From Candidatus Spyradenecus sp. (lineage in GTDB: Bacteria; Verrucomicrobiota; Kiritimatiellia; RFP12; DVOR01), in NCBI GenBank assembly GCA_045613865.1, contig JAZLBT010000017.1:19152-83151 (forward strand): a stretch of 64,000 nucleotides of DNA, written 5' to 3'. The notes under the pieces are model-generated. The model saw nothing but the letters and a program-made list of their open reading frames with translations, did not search any database and was not told where the DNA came from. Made by a program: the position numbers and the translations under genes. Below, piece after piece: positions 8,087-18,302 of this stretch (position 1 is its first letter; each line of letters opens with the position of its first letter).

Positions 8087-10609
8087 ATGGCAAAAGAAAC
8101 AGATGGTTTAACCCCAATGATGCGACAATATTGTCGCACAAAAGAAGAACTTGATCAAGACACCATTCTTTTCTTCCGCATGGGAGATTTTTATGAGATG
8201 TTCTTTGAAGATGCACATCGCGCCGCACCGATTCTTGGTGTTGCAATTACGAAGCGTGCAGGTGTGCCGATGTGTGGTGTGCCATATCATGCTATTGATG
8301 GCTATCTCGCGAAGGTCATTCGTGCAGGTTTAAAGGCTGCTGTGTGTGAACAGGTAGAGGATCCAAAGGCCGCTAAGGGGATTGTAAGACGTGAGATTAC
8401 ACGTATTGTTACCCCAGGTACCGTCACGGAAGAGGCGATTCTTGATGCGCAGTGCTCCAATTATCTTATTGCTGTATTTGCGGGAAAGAAGGATACATAC
8501 GGCATTGCCGCGCTTGAACTTTCAACAGGTGAGCTTGCGGTTGAAGCTGCAACATCTCCCGCGGCGCTTGTTGAGGCAGTGCGTCGCATTGCTCCAAGCG
8601 AAACTGTCATTGCAGAAGAACAACATGAGACACTTGCATCGTTACTTGTTCGTGATATTGCAGGTCCTTTAACAAAGATTGATGATTGGCGATTTATGAC
8701 CGATCAGGCAACAGATACACTTTGTTATCATTTCCATGTTCATTCGCTTGAAGGATATTGTGGCACAGATACTCGTCCGTTGTGGGTGAATGCAGCTGGC
8801 GCATTACTTCATTATGTGCGATATGAATTACGTCGACCGATTGATCACGTTCGAACATTGAATGTGCGTAATCACAGTCATTATTTGACGTTAGATGAGT
8901 GTACGTGTCGAAATCTCGATTTGCTTCCTACGCCAGGAGGTCGTGTAGAAGGCGAAACGCTGCTTGGCGTGCTCGATGGTACGTGTACGCCCATGGGTAA
9001 ACGTTTGCTTCGTGCATGGATCCGTTCGCCATTGCGAGAGGTGGAGGCTATACGTGCACGCCAAGCCGCAATTCAAACCTTTATAGATCAACGCCGTTTA
9101 CTTTCAGATTTGCGTTTAACACTTGCCAACACGTATGACTTTGAGCGTGTGATGACGCGATTAGCATCAGGTTCGGGAAATGGACGTGACTTGCGTCAAT
9201 TAACCGATTCCTTAATGCAAGTACCAGGGCTCAAACAGTGCTTAGTCAACGTTGATGCACCGCTTTTGCAACAACTCCAAGAACGATTGACAGACTTACC
9301 AGAACTCTCTGCAGAACTCCGTGCGGCTCTCGCGGACTCTCCGCCTCTTACATTGAAAGAAGGTGGTATTATTCGTGATGGTTATAATGCTGATCTTGAC
9401 GCGTATCGTGAAGCGGCGAGTCAAGGACATTCGTGGATTGCAACATACCAAGCAGAACAACAGGAATTAACAGGTATTCGTACGCTCCGTGTGCGCCGTA
9501 ATAATGTCTTTGGTTTTTATATTGAAGTGAGTAAAGGTCAGCTCGCCAATGTACCAGCATCATACGAACGCCGACAAACAGTAGTAAATGCCGAACGTTT
9601 TATAACGCCAGAGTTGAAGGTTTACGAAGAACGTATTTTTGGTGCGCAGGATAAAGCTAATAAGCTTGAGTATGAACTCTTTCAGCAATTGCGTGAAAAA
9701 GCGGTGGCGCAACTTTCTCTCTTGCAGCAACTCGCAACAACGGTTGCGCAAATTGACGTGTTGCAAGGGCTTGCAGATCGTGCGTTGGCACAAAGTTTTC
9801 GCTGCCCCACTGTCGACACGAGTACAGATCTCGTGATTCGAGGCGGACGTCATCCTATTGTTGAACTTCAACCAGGCGCAGAACGTTTTGTCCCGAATGA
9901 CACGCAGATGAACGGTGATGATCGACAGTTTATTTTGATTACTGGTCCGAATATGGCAGGTAAGTCAACATACATTCGTCAAGTTGCAGTTCTTGCCATT
10001 ATGGCTCATATTGGCAGTTTTGTTCCTGCGGATGAAATGATTGTCGGTGTGATCGATCGCGTCTTTACACGTGTTGGGGCGGGGGACGACCTTGCACGTG
10101 GACGTTCTACCTTTATGGTTGAAATGCAAGAAGCTGCGAACATTCTCAATAATGCAACATCGCGTTCGCTCATTGTGCTCGATGAAATTGGTCGAGGCAC
10201 TTCAACATTTGATGGTATTTCAATCGCTTGGAGTGTGGTAGAGTATCTGCATAATACGCCTGAACGTAAAGCGCGAACCCTCTTTGCAACACACTACCAT
10301 GAACTAACCGCACTCTCTGCGGCGTTAAAGGGTGTAAAGAATTATACGGTTCAAGTTCGAGAGCAAGGCGATACAATTGTTTTCTTAAGACGTATTGTCC
10401 CTGGCACAGCGGATAAGAGTTATGGTATTCACGTGGCTCGATTAGCAGGTATGCCAGAGGGTGTTGTTGGGCGAGCACAAACAATTCTTTCGAATCTCGA
10501 GGAAAATAAAGCGATTCAGGCAGAACTTCCACGTGCACGTAGACGAACAACACGTAGTGCGCCAGAGGATGATTTCCAAATGGATCTCTTTGAATCCTTA
10601 ATAGAATAG
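8087..10609 (+). CDS. mutS: DNA mismatch repair protein MutS
   Basis: 840 aa. TPMMRQY N-terminus, Walker A GPNMAGKST, and TFMVEMQE and DEIGRGTSTFDG motifs. Confidence 0.97.
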   Translation: MAKETDGLTPMMRQYCRTKEELDQDTILFFRMGDFYEMFFEDAHRAAPILGVAITKRAGVPMCGVPYHAIDGYLAKVIRAGLKAAVCEQVEDPKAAKGIVRREITRIVTPGTVTEEAILDAQCSNYLIAVFAGKKDTYGIAALELSTGELAVEAATSPAALVEAVRRIAPSETVIAEEQHETLASLLVRDIAGPLTKIDDWRFMTDQATDTLCYHFHVHSLEGYCGTDTRPLWVNAAGALLHYVRYELRRPIDHVRTLNVRNHSHYLTLDECTCRNLDLLPTPGGRVEGETLLGVLDGTCTPMGKRLLRAWIRSPLREVEAIRARQAAIQTFIDQRRLLSDLRLTLANTYDFERVMTRLASGSGNGRDLRQLTDSLMQVPGLKQCLVNVDAPLLQQLQERLTDLPELSAELRAALADSPPLTLKEGGIIRDGYNADLDAYREAASQGHSWIATYQAEQQELTGIRTLRVRRNNVFGFYIEVSKGQLANVPASYERRQTVVNAERFITPELKVYEERIFGAQDKANKLEYELFQQLREKAVAQLSLLQQLATTVAQIDVLQGLADRALAQSFRCPTVDTSTDLVIRGGRHPIVELQPGAERFVPNDTQMNGDDRQFILITGPNMAGKSTYIRQVAVLAIMAHIGSFVPADEMIVGVIDRVFTRVGAGDDLARGRSTFMVEMQEAANILNNATSRSLIVLDEIGRGTSTFDGISIAWSVVEYLHNTPERKARTLFATHYHELTALSAALKGVKNYTVQVREQGDTIVFLRRIVPGTADKSYGIHVARLAGMPEGVVGRAQTILSNLEENKAIQAELPRARRRTTRSAPEDDFQMDLFESLIE

Positions 10610-10631
10610 TTAGGACAATCAATTGGTAAAT

Positions 10632-10670
10632 AAATAAGGCTCTCGTTTTTTGAGAGCCTTATTTATTTTT
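10632..10670. terminator. Bidirectional rho-independent terminator between mutS (+) and trmJ (-)
   Basis: Perfect 11-bp inverted repeat ATAAGGCTCTC / GAGAGCCTTAT with loop GTTTTTT, flanked by A/T runs on both sides. Confidence 0.8.
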
Positions 10671-10679
10671 AAGTTATAC

Positions 10680-11435
10680 TTATTTGCTTGTTTGATCTAT
10701 AAGGGAACGAGCAGTTTCGCCTGCCCATGTTGCTTGACGTGCAACGCCCATCATGATACGTGCGTCTGGATCACTTTTAATTCCACGAGAGAAGACGCGT
10801 TGAAATCCTTGCATCATATGGTCGGCTTTTTGTTCATCCATAAAGCCGATGTCAATCATTGCCTTACGCCAACGCACCATAAATGCTTCCTTCGTTGCAT
10901 GGCTCGCAAGGATGGATCCTTCTTCCACGGGGCTAACATAGGTGCCAGTTGCGGTGTAGAGTTCATAAGCAACAATAAGAAGCGCTTGAGAGAGATTAAG
11001 ACTTTGATAACTTTCATCAACAGGAATGCGCACAAGATGTGTACATTGTGCGATTTCATCATTATGGAGTCCTTGATCCTCTCGACCGAAGACGATTGCA
11101 ACGGGCGCATGTGCTGCAATACGAAGAATTTCTGGCGCGAGCACACGCGGAGGTTGTACCGTCGCACGGTAGAGACCGCCACGTGCGGTTGTCCCAACAA
11201 CAGCTGCGCAATCGGCAATTGCTTCTTGGAAGGTGGCGACCTCTTTGCGAGCATCCATGATATCGGTTGCATGGACAGCCATACGTTTGCCGTCTGACCA
11301 ATCATCGAGAATACGTGGCGCTGCGAGTGTAAGGTGGCGAAGTCCCATGTTTGCCATTGCACGACAGATGCTGCCGACATTACCAGAGTAAAGGGTGCCA
11401 ACGAGAACAATGCGAATGTTATCTAATGGATTCAT
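10680..11435 (-). CDS. trmJ: tRNA (cytidine/uridine-2'-O)-methyltransferase, SpoU/TrmH class (TrmJ-like)
   Basis: 251 aa. N-terminus IRIVLVGTLYSGNVGSICRAMANMG matches the TrmJ SPOUT signature. Confidence 0.8.
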   Translation of the reverse strand: MNPLDNIRIVLVGTLYSGNVGSICRAMANMGLRHLTLAAPRILDDWSDGKRMAVHATDIMDARKEVATFQEAIADCAAVVGTTARGGLYRATVQPPRVLAPEILRIAAHAPVAIVFGREDQGLHNDEIAQCTHLVRIPVDESYQSLNLSQALLIVAYELYTATGTYVSPVEEGSILASHATKEAFMVRWRKAMIDIGFMDEQKADHMMQGFQRVFSRGIKSDPDARIMMGVARQATWAGETARSLIDQTSK

Positions 11436-11441
11436 AGTGTG

Positions 11442-12419
11442 TTAACGTTTGAAGAGGATTTCTGTAATGGCAATGATAGCTTCATCCCAATGAGCAAGAT
11501 CATCACAATGAATCGACTCAATCGGGGAGTGGTTACCACGCGTTGCAAGAAGAAGTGGAATGACGGGCATCATGCGTCCTAATACGGGAAAAGCGCGTGC
11601 ATCTGTGCCAGAGTAGTTATATACTTCTGTCTGCAAAGGAACCTCAAGCGCACAACATTGGTCGCGCTCCTCGGGAGAAAGAAGAACAGAATTGTCAGAC
11701 AGTGTAATCACGGGACCTTTGCCCATTTCAACATTTTGCTTCTCATTCTCATAAGTGATATCGAGAACGACTACGGCATCAGCTTTAACATCACGTGCAA
11801 GAACGTTCGCTCCAAAGCCATTCACCTCTTCCATTGCTGTTGCCGCGAGAATGACGTTGAAGTTCGGAAGTGCATGCTTGCATTGATTATACCACTCTGC
11901 GATTAATGCGCAACCGATGCGATTATCAAGGAAGGGGGAGTGGATGAGATTATCTTCTTCCTTCCAAGAAGTCTCCCAACAAAGGCGATCACCCTTTTGA
12001 ATGCGTGCGCAAGGCTCATCTAAACGGGCCTTAATAGGTTTTTGGTGGCGCCATTGAGAGGCCTCTTCGTCGTTATCGAAAATGAGCGTCGCATTAACAC
12101 GCGTTCCATCGCTACACTTGAGAACGAGCCGTTGACCATTTTCTGGATGTACGCCTCCTAATGCGAGAACTTCAATGTCAAGCGGAGAGGCGATTGAAGC
12201 AACAATAAACCCCGGGCTATCTGCGTGAGCAACGAGAAGAAGCGTATCCGCCTTACGTCGTTCTGCAGGTTCTGCAAGAATGGCATATTTACCGAGCCGT
12301 TGGATATCGAGCCCTTGGGCGCGCCAACACTCTTCAAGCATGTTGAAAACAGCACCTTCATCCCCTGGAGTGGAATGGAGTGCGCAAAACTTTTTGAGCG
12401 TAGGAATTAAATTAATCAT
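11442..12419 (-). CDS. M42-family metallopeptidase (FrvX/endoglucanase-like aminopeptidase)
   Basis: 325 aa with overall M42 architecture and conserved His/Asp/Glu-rich blocks. Four-nt overlap with the downstream gene. Confidence 0.55.
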   Translation of the reverse strand: MINLIPTLKKFCALHSTPGDEGAVFNMLEECWRAQGLDIQRLGKYAILAEPAERRKADTLLLVAHADSPGFIVASIASPLDIEVLALGGVHPENGQRLVLKCSDGTRVNATLIFDNDEEASQWRHQKPIKARLDEPCARIQKGDRLCWETSWKEEDNLIHSPFLDNRIGCALIAEWYNQCKHALPNFNVILAATAMEEVNGFGANVLARDVKADAVVVLDITYENEKQNVEMGKGPVITLSDNSVLLSPEERDQCCALEVPLQTEVYNYSGTDARAFPVLGRMMPVIPLLLATRGNHSPIESIHCDDLAHWDEAIIAITEILFKR

Positions 12420-12988
12420 GGTGCAACTTCTGTCGAAGGGGTTATAGTTTGTTCAATCGCAACGGGTTCTTCATGTTGTTGTTTGATGAAGAGCTTAGAA
12501 ATGAGAGAATCTTCACCAATTGCTCCCCAACGAATGAGTAAGCACACCGTGGTTACGCAAACAGCCGCGAGGAGAACGCCAAGCACGTTAGCAATATAAA
12601 AGGTCTTACGCTTAAAGGCAAAACAAAATGCACCGAGAGCCCCCGTTACCGCACCTGTTCCAGGGAGTGGAATGCCAATGAAAAGAGCAAGCCCCCATTG
12701 ACCATGCTTTTCCATAACGGGACGAAGGCGCTCTTGACGTTTTACAACGTGTGGCCAAATGCGTTCTTCAAAGAACTTAAATGTACGCATAATACGCAAG
12801 ATTGGAGCAAGCACTTCAAAGACGCCAATGCCAAGCAGAATGTTTGCCAAAGTACAAATTGCAACGACACTTGTCCAATGAAGCTGGTCGCTGAAGGCAA
12901 AGATACCCATTGGAATTGAAAAACGTAATTCCAATGCTGGAATACATGTGAAGACGAAAAGCCAGAAGATTGTGATAAACAAGTCCAT
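12416..12988 (-). CDS. Small integral membrane protein (COG2426-like)
   Basis: About 190 aa from the MDLFITIF start, which lies just after the CaCA stop. 4-5 transmembrane helices. No enzymatic motif. Confidence 0.5.
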   Translation of the reverse strand: MDLFITIFWLFVFTCIPALELRFSIPMGIFAFSDQLHWTSVVAICTLANILLGIGVFEVLAPILRIMRTFKFFEERIWPHVVKRQERLRPVMEKHGQWGLALFIGIPLPGTGAVTGALGAFCFAFKRKTFYIANVLGVLLAAVCVTTVCLLIRWGAIGEDSLISKLFIKQQHEEPVAIEQTITPSTEVAP

Positions 12989-13001
12989 AAATTCTTTCCT
13001 T

Positions 13002-14072
13002 TTAATTGGTGGCAAGAACAACCCAAACGGTGTAGATGAGCCATAAGATGAGGAAGAGAATACCGAGGGGTCGACCGAGTGTAATATGGGGAGAAGGCTT
13101 TTGTTTACGAATACGCGCCCAAACAATGAGTGCTGGCACCCACAAAAGGAGCGTGGAGATAATCATCGAGAAGAGATCTCGATAACGTAAACCATTGGGA
13201 AGATTTTCACCCGCAACAGGCTGAATCATTAATGCAAGCCCTGCGACAATACAAAGGTTGAAACAGTTTGAACCGATAACGTTACCGACGGCAATATCAT
13301 CCTGGCCCTTGCGTGTTGCAACAACCGATGCCATAAGCTCAGGCAGTGACGTTCCCAAAGCAATGATGGTCACGCCAACAATGAGCTGTGTCGCAGACTG
13401 CGAAATGCCCACTGCTTGTGCAACGGTTTCTGCAATCCACTTAGCAGAATAAACGAGCATCTGAGAAGAGAGAATTAAGAGGGTTAAACCACCAGCAATC
13501 GAAGCAAGCATTTTGCTAACAGACATCTGTTTTGAACAACACTCGCAGTCCTCTTCTTCACTGACTGTTGCAGTTTCACGTTGTTTCCATGCAATGCAGA
13601 TTTGGTAGGAGAGAAAGATGATAAAGATTATAAAGAGCGAGGCACCTTCAAGGCGAGAGAGCCCGTTATGAGCGCCAACACAAAATGCGCTTAAAAGGCC
13701 CATCACTCCAAGAAGAAACGGAATGTCACGTTTCAACACGATGCGATGCAACGCAATTGGTGCAATGAGCATACAAACGCCAAGAATGAGGAGAACATTG
13801 GTGATGTTACTGCCATAAGCATTACCGAGGGCAAGCACGGGGGCCCCTTGCGCTGCTGCAAGAACAGAAACAATCATTTCCGGTGCGCTCGTTCCGAAGC
13901 CAACAATCACAAAGCCAATAATCAATGGAGGAATGGCAAGACGACATGCAAGCGCAACCGCGCCCTCGACGAAAATCTCGGCACTCTTGGTCAACAAAAA
14001 CATGCCTATAATCAAACCCGCAATTGCGAGTGGCCATAACGACCATGCAGGTAAACAACTTGTAAGTAACAT
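13002..14072 (-). CDS. Sodium/calcium exchanger (CaCA family, YrbG-like)
   Basis: 356 aa. Two alpha-repeat signatures, GTSAPEM and GNVIGSN / GNAYGSNITN. Confidence 0.85.
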   Translation of the reverse strand: MLLTSCLPAWSLWPLAIAGLIIGMFLLTKSAEIFVEGAVALACRLAIPPLIIGFVIVGFGTSAPEMIVSVLAAAQGAPVLALGNAYGSNITNVLLILGVCMLIAPIALHRIVLKRDIPFLLGVMGLLSAFCVGAHNGLSRLEGASLFIIFIIFLSYQICIAWKQRETATVSEEEDCECCSKQMSVSKMLASIAGGLTLLILSSQMLVYSAKWIAETVAQAVGISQSATQLIVGVTIIALGTSLPELMASVVATRKGQDDIAVGNVIGSNCFNLCIVAGLALMIQPVAGENLPNGLRYRDLFSMIISTLLLWVPALIVWARIRKQKPSPHITLGRPLGILFLILWLIYTVWVVLATN

Positions 14073-14092
14073 CTTTGAACTCCTTTTTAAAA

Positions 14093-14959
14093 TTAAACTT
14101 CAGGACGTGTAAACCACCCCGAACGCCATTCACCGATGAGCTTATTTTCAACCTCAACAAGTCCACATGCTTCAAAGGCGGCCTTAACATCGGGATAGAG
14201 TGTATCAAGGATACCAGAGGCAATGAGTTGACCACCGGGAAGAACAGCACAGGCTACTTCCTTGGCATATTGAATCAAAACAGGACCAAGAATATTTGCC
14301 AAAATAATAGCGCCTTGATCAAGGTTGTCCGCTAAATTACGTGGTTCAAAGGGAATGTTAAGATTGTTGAGCGCGGCATTTTCTTTTGCAATGCGCACTG
14401 CATCTGGGTCATAGTCAAATCCACGAACATTGGTGAATCCAAGCTTGCACGCGGCGATGGCGAGAATACCACTTCCGCAACCCATGTCCAAAACAGGACG
14501 CTTTAAATCACCGGTCGCTAACTGATCGAGGAACTGCAAACATGCGCGTGTGGTCGGGTGCTTACCTGTTCCGAAGCTCATGCCTGGATCCAAAACAATG
14601 ACAGCCTCACCTTCAGAGGGTGTATAACTTTCCCATGAAGGACGAATGGTGATACGCTCGGAGATCTTTTCAACATGGAAGAAACGCTTCCATGCTTCTT
14701 GCCAATCTGCATTATTGAGTGTGTCACGCGTACAATTGACAGTCATCCCGGCAAGTTCAGCCGCTTGAACGAGCGCGACTTCAACCGCATCCGCCTGGGT
14801 TGCATCTTCCAAAAATACATCAAGGCGAACTTCGTGGGTCTCAATATCTTCCCAGAAGGTTGGCGTGAAAGCATCGCCATCTAAAAGCTCCAACAACAAA
14901 TCTGCCGCCTCAGAGGAGGGAAGACGTGTAGAAACAACGGTGAGCATTTGTTGAGACAT
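14093..14959 (-). CDS. prmA: Ribosomal protein L11 methyltransferase
   Basis: 288 aa. SAM-binding motif VLDMGCGSGILAIAA and PrmA-like layout. Confidence 0.85.
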   Translation of the reverse strand: MSQQMLTVVSTRLPSSEAADLLLELLDGDAFTPTFWEDIETHEVRLDVFLEDATQADAVEVALVQAAELAGMTVNCTRDTLNNADWQEAWKRFFHVEKISERITIRPSWESYTPSEGEAVIVLDPGMSFGTGKHPTTRACLQFLDQLATGDLKRPVLDMGCGSGILAIAACKLGFTNVRGFDYDPDAVRIAKENAALNNLNIPFEPRNLADNLDQGAIILANILGPVLIQYAKEVACAVLPGGQLIASGILDTLYPDVKAAFEACGLVEVENKLIGEWRSGWFTRPEV

Positions 14960-14984
14960 ATTTTAATCCTTTTCTGGAGAGGTT

Positions 14985-15935
14985 TTACGAGTGAATCCAT
15001 TGTAATGGGGTGAGCTGGAGAACGCGTTCAAATTCTTCTCGTGTACGTGTGAGTTTGAGACTATCCCAAAGACGATCGCCGTGTTGAAAGGTGGGCGCGA
15101 GATAACTCCATAATTCCTTGAGATGGCCAAGAAGTGCGTGGTCCCCATGCGAGGTGGCAGCATAGCCATCAAGAATGGTTTGATGCCAAGCCTTGAAACG
15201 TTCCATTTCACGCATATCCTTGCCTTCGCAAATCGACTCTGCAAGGAAGGGATTGGCAACAATTCCTCGCCCTAACATCCAACGTTCAATCTTCGGGAAA
15301 CGTGTTTGCAAACGTTGGAAATCTTCCAACGTACGAATGTCGCCATTATAAACAAGCGGGAGCGTTGTACGTTCAGCAACACGCTCAAAGGCGTCCAGGT
15401 CAACCGTTCCCTCGTACATTTGCTTGGCGGTACGCGGATGCACGCAAATTTCACGTAAGGGAAACGACTGAATCGTATCAAGACGATCAAGCAAAAGCGT
15501 CTTATCCTCAAGACCTAAACGAACCTTAATAGAGAAGTGACCTTCGCCGAGGACCTCGCAACCAACAGCAAGCATTTGCGCGAGGATGGATTCATCTTTA
15601 AGTAAACCAGATCCGCGCCCCTTCTTTGCAACAAAAGGCCATGGACATCCAGCATTGAGGTCGACATCTTTATAGCCGAGCGCCTGCATCGCTTGAAGCA
15701 TGACGCGAAGCTGTTCGGGCGACTTTCCAATGACCTGTGGAATCAGCGGCAAATGCGCAGGCTGTACTGTCGGATCAATACTTTTGAGTACTTCGGGTTT
15801 TACTTTAGGCCCCTGTGTTGTCGCAATAAAGGGTGCAACTGCGAGACTTAAACCAGAGAAGTGCTGGCAATAGGCTTGACGAAAGGTCAAACCTGTAACA
15901 CCTCGGAGCGGAGCAAGAAAGATTTGTGTTGCCAT
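14985..15935 (-). CDS. tRNA-dihydrouridine synthase (Dus family)
   Basis: 316 aa. LAPLRGVTG (LAPMAGVTD-like), NAGCPW, IKVRLG and HPRT motifs. Confidence 0.85.
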   Translation of the reverse strand: MATQIFLAPLRGVTGLTFRQAYCQHFSGLSLAVAPFIATTQGPKVKPEVLKSIDPTVQPAHLPLIPQVIGKSPEQLRVMLQAMQALGYKDVDLNAGCPWPFVAKKGRGSGLLKDESILAQMLAVGCEVLGEGHFSIKVRLGLEDKTLLLDRLDTIQSFPLREICVHPRTAKQMYEGTVDLDAFERVAERTTLPLVYNGDIRTLEDFQRLQTRFPKIERWMLGRGIVANPFLAESICEGKDMREMERFKAWHQTILDGYAATSHGDHALLGHLKELWSYLAPTFQHGDRLWDSLKLTRTREEFERVLQLTPLQWIHS

Positions 15936-18205
15936 TAGAGCCCCGCAAAAGGATTATTTGAGAACGTTGAGGTATTACTACGCGAACGATTCGAACTATA
16001 ACCACGAGAGGAATCAGCGCCACGACCTCCGCGCTGTGAGCCACGCGCTTCAGGACGTGCATTTTGACGTGCAGAGAGGGAGATGCGTTTACGTGCAACA
16101 TCAACATCAAGCACGGTCACCTTGAGACGATCGCCAGCTTTCACAACTTCTGATGGATCACGAACAAAGCGATCTGCAATTTCCGAGACGTGCACAAGAC
16201 CATCTTGGTGAACACCAATATCAACAAACGCACCAAACGCTGTCACATTTGTAACGATACCTTCAAGCTTCATGCCTGGTTGAACATCTTCAATCGTGCA
16301 AACATCTTCACGGAAGGCCGGTGGCGTGAAGGTGTCACGCGGGTCACGACCGGGTTTCTTGAGTTCATCGAGAATATCATTGAGGGTGAGGCGACCAAGA
16401 TTTTCGCTTTCGTAAGTCGCAATTTTAATCTTATCAATGGCAGTTGTGTTACCAATAAGAGCATCCAACGAAAGCCCCGCATCTGCCGCCATCTGACGAA
16501 CGACATCATAACGTTCGGGATGCACAGCAGAACGGTCCAACGGATTGGAACTTTCACGAATACGTAAGAAGCCCGCACACTGTTCAAAGGTCTTTGCACC
16601 TAAACCAGGGACCTTGAGAAGATCGCCACGCGAACGAAATGCACCATGCGTGTTACGATGTTCAACAATACGCTTTGCAAGGGTTGGCCCAATTCCCGAA
16701 ACACGCGTTAACAACGGTGCAGAAGCTGTATTAACTTCAACACCAACGCGGTTCACACAAGAGATAACAACTTCATCAAGCTTGGTTGCAAGAAGCGTTT
16801 GATTGACATCATGCTGGTATTGCCCCACGCCAATCGCCTTGGGATCAATCTTAACAAGCTCTGCAAGCGGATCCTGCAAACGGCGCCCAATCGAAATCGC
16901 ACCACGCACGGTAAGATCAAGTTCGGGGAACTCATCACGTGCCACTTCGCTCGCAGAATAAACGGATGCACCGGCCTCATTCACAGAGATCACAAGAATG
17001 TCAGAGTGCTGCGTTTGTTTCAATGTGCGACGAACAAATGCTTCAGTCTCACGCCCTGCAGTGCCGTTACCGACCGCAATTGCCGTCGGCTTTAACGCGG
17101 TGATAAGCTTAAGCAATTCAACGCGCGCCTCAACTTCCTTCAACTGACCTTGTGCAAGATAAACCGTGATATTCTTTAAAAACTTACCAGTTGCGTCAAG
17201 CGCAACACACTTACAACCCGTACGAACGCCAGGGTCAATACCAATAACGGAACGCTCACCCAAAGGTGCTTGTAAGAGAAGATGGCGGAGATTTTCTGCA
17301 AAAACATCAACCGCTTCACGATCCGATTTCTGCTTAAGCTCAACTGCAACATCAAGCTCAATACTTGGCGCGAGAAGACGACGATAAGCCTCTTCAACTG
17401 CTGTTCGCAACTCCTTCGCCCACGTCGACCCTTCACGATAATTGAAAATCTCAAGGGCCTTGTTAATCGTTGGCTGCGAATCCACTGTGAGAGAAGAACG
17501 TAAAACACCTTCTGTTTCACCACGCTTGATGGCAAGAAAACGATGCGAGGGAATTGCAACAATCGCTTCCTCAAAATCGTAATATTGTTCAAACTTCGTC
17601 GGCGCCGAAGGTGGCGGATCGCTCACTTCAGATTTAACCATGCCATGTTGCGCAAGATACGCACGTGCAAATCCACGCACCTCTGAATCTTCCGCCACCT
17701 TTTCGGCAACAATATCACGTGCCCCACGAAGCGCGGTAAGACTGTCAGCGACCTCCTTCTCGGGATTAACATAACGCGCTGCTTCCGTCGAAACATCCTC
17801 ATTGCCCTGTGCCAACATCAATAACGCAAGAGGTTCAAGTCCACGCTCACGCGCAATCATTGCACGCGTACGGCGCTTGGGACGATAGGGGAGATAAAGA
17901 TCCTCCAACGCTGTTCGCGTCTTACACGCAAAGATCTGCTCCTTCAATTCATCCGTCAACTTACCCTGCTGAATGATAGAAGAAAGAATCGTCTCGCGAC
18001 GAGCCTCAAGTTCGCGGTGGAACGTTAAGCGCTCCTGAATATTACCAATCTGAACTTCATCAAGATTCCCATGCGCTTCTTTACGATAACGAGCAATGAA
18101 AGGCACCGTACACCCTTCACTAAGCAACTGCATAACAGCTGCAACCTGACGGGGTGAGAGGTGAAGTTCTTCGGCAATCGTGGAAACAAAACGTTCATCA
18201 TCCAT
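15935..18205 (-). CDS. tex: Transcription accessory protein Tex (YqgF/HhH/S1 domains)
   Basis: 756 aa. C-terminal S1 domain (GMKLEGIVTNVTAFGAFVDIG...). Typical Tex N-terminus (ELHLSPRQVAAVMQLLSEGCTVPFIARYRKE). Confidence 0.92.
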   Translation of the reverse strand: MDDERFVSTIAEELHLSPRQVAAVMQLLSEGCTVPFIARYRKEAHGNLDEVQIGNIQERLTFHRELEARRETILSSIIQQGKLTDELKEQIFACKTRTALEDLYLPYRPKRRTRAMIARERGLEPLALLMLAQGNEDVSTEAARYVNPEKEVADSLTALRGARDIVAEKVAEDSEVRGFARAYLAQHGMVKSEVSDPPPSAPTKFEQYYDFEEAIVAIPSHRFLAIKRGETEGVLRSSLTVDSQPTINKALEIFNYREGSTWAKELRTAVEEAYRRLLAPSIELDVAVELKQKSDREAVDVFAENLRHLLLQAPLGERSVIGIDPGVRTGCKCVALDATGKFLKNITVYLAQGQLKEVEARVELLKLITALKPTAIAVGNGTAGRETEAFVRRTLKQTQHSDILVISVNEAGASVYSASEVARDEFPELDLTVRGAISIGRRLQDPLAELVKIDPKAIGVGQYQHDVNQTLLATKLDEVVISCVNRVGVEVNTASAPLLTRVSGIGPTLAKRIVEHRNTHGAFRSRGDLLKVPGLGAKTFEQCAGFLRIRESSNPLDRSAVHPERYDVVRQMAADAGLSLDALIGNTTAIDKIKIATYESENLGRLTLNDILDELKKPGRDPRDTFTPPAFREDVCTIEDVQPGMKLEGIVTNVTAFGAFVDIGVHQDGLVHVSEIADRFVRDPSEVVKAGDRLKVTVLDVDVARKRISLSARQNARPEARGSQRGGRGADSSRGYSSNRSRSNTSTFSNNPFAGL

Positions 18206-18302
18206 GGAGGAGAAACCTTTATCTGCGTATTCTACAAACCTGAGGCGTTTCTATGAAACGAAAGAGAGGAGCCTGCAATATGAACAGGCTCCTCATAGCG
18301 CA

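Noticed and set aside
10650-11297. 215-aa plus-strand ORF overlapping trmJ
   Set aside because: The minus-strand product carries clear SPOUT/TrmJ motifs. The plus-strand translation is Cys-rich low-complexity sequence with no start context.
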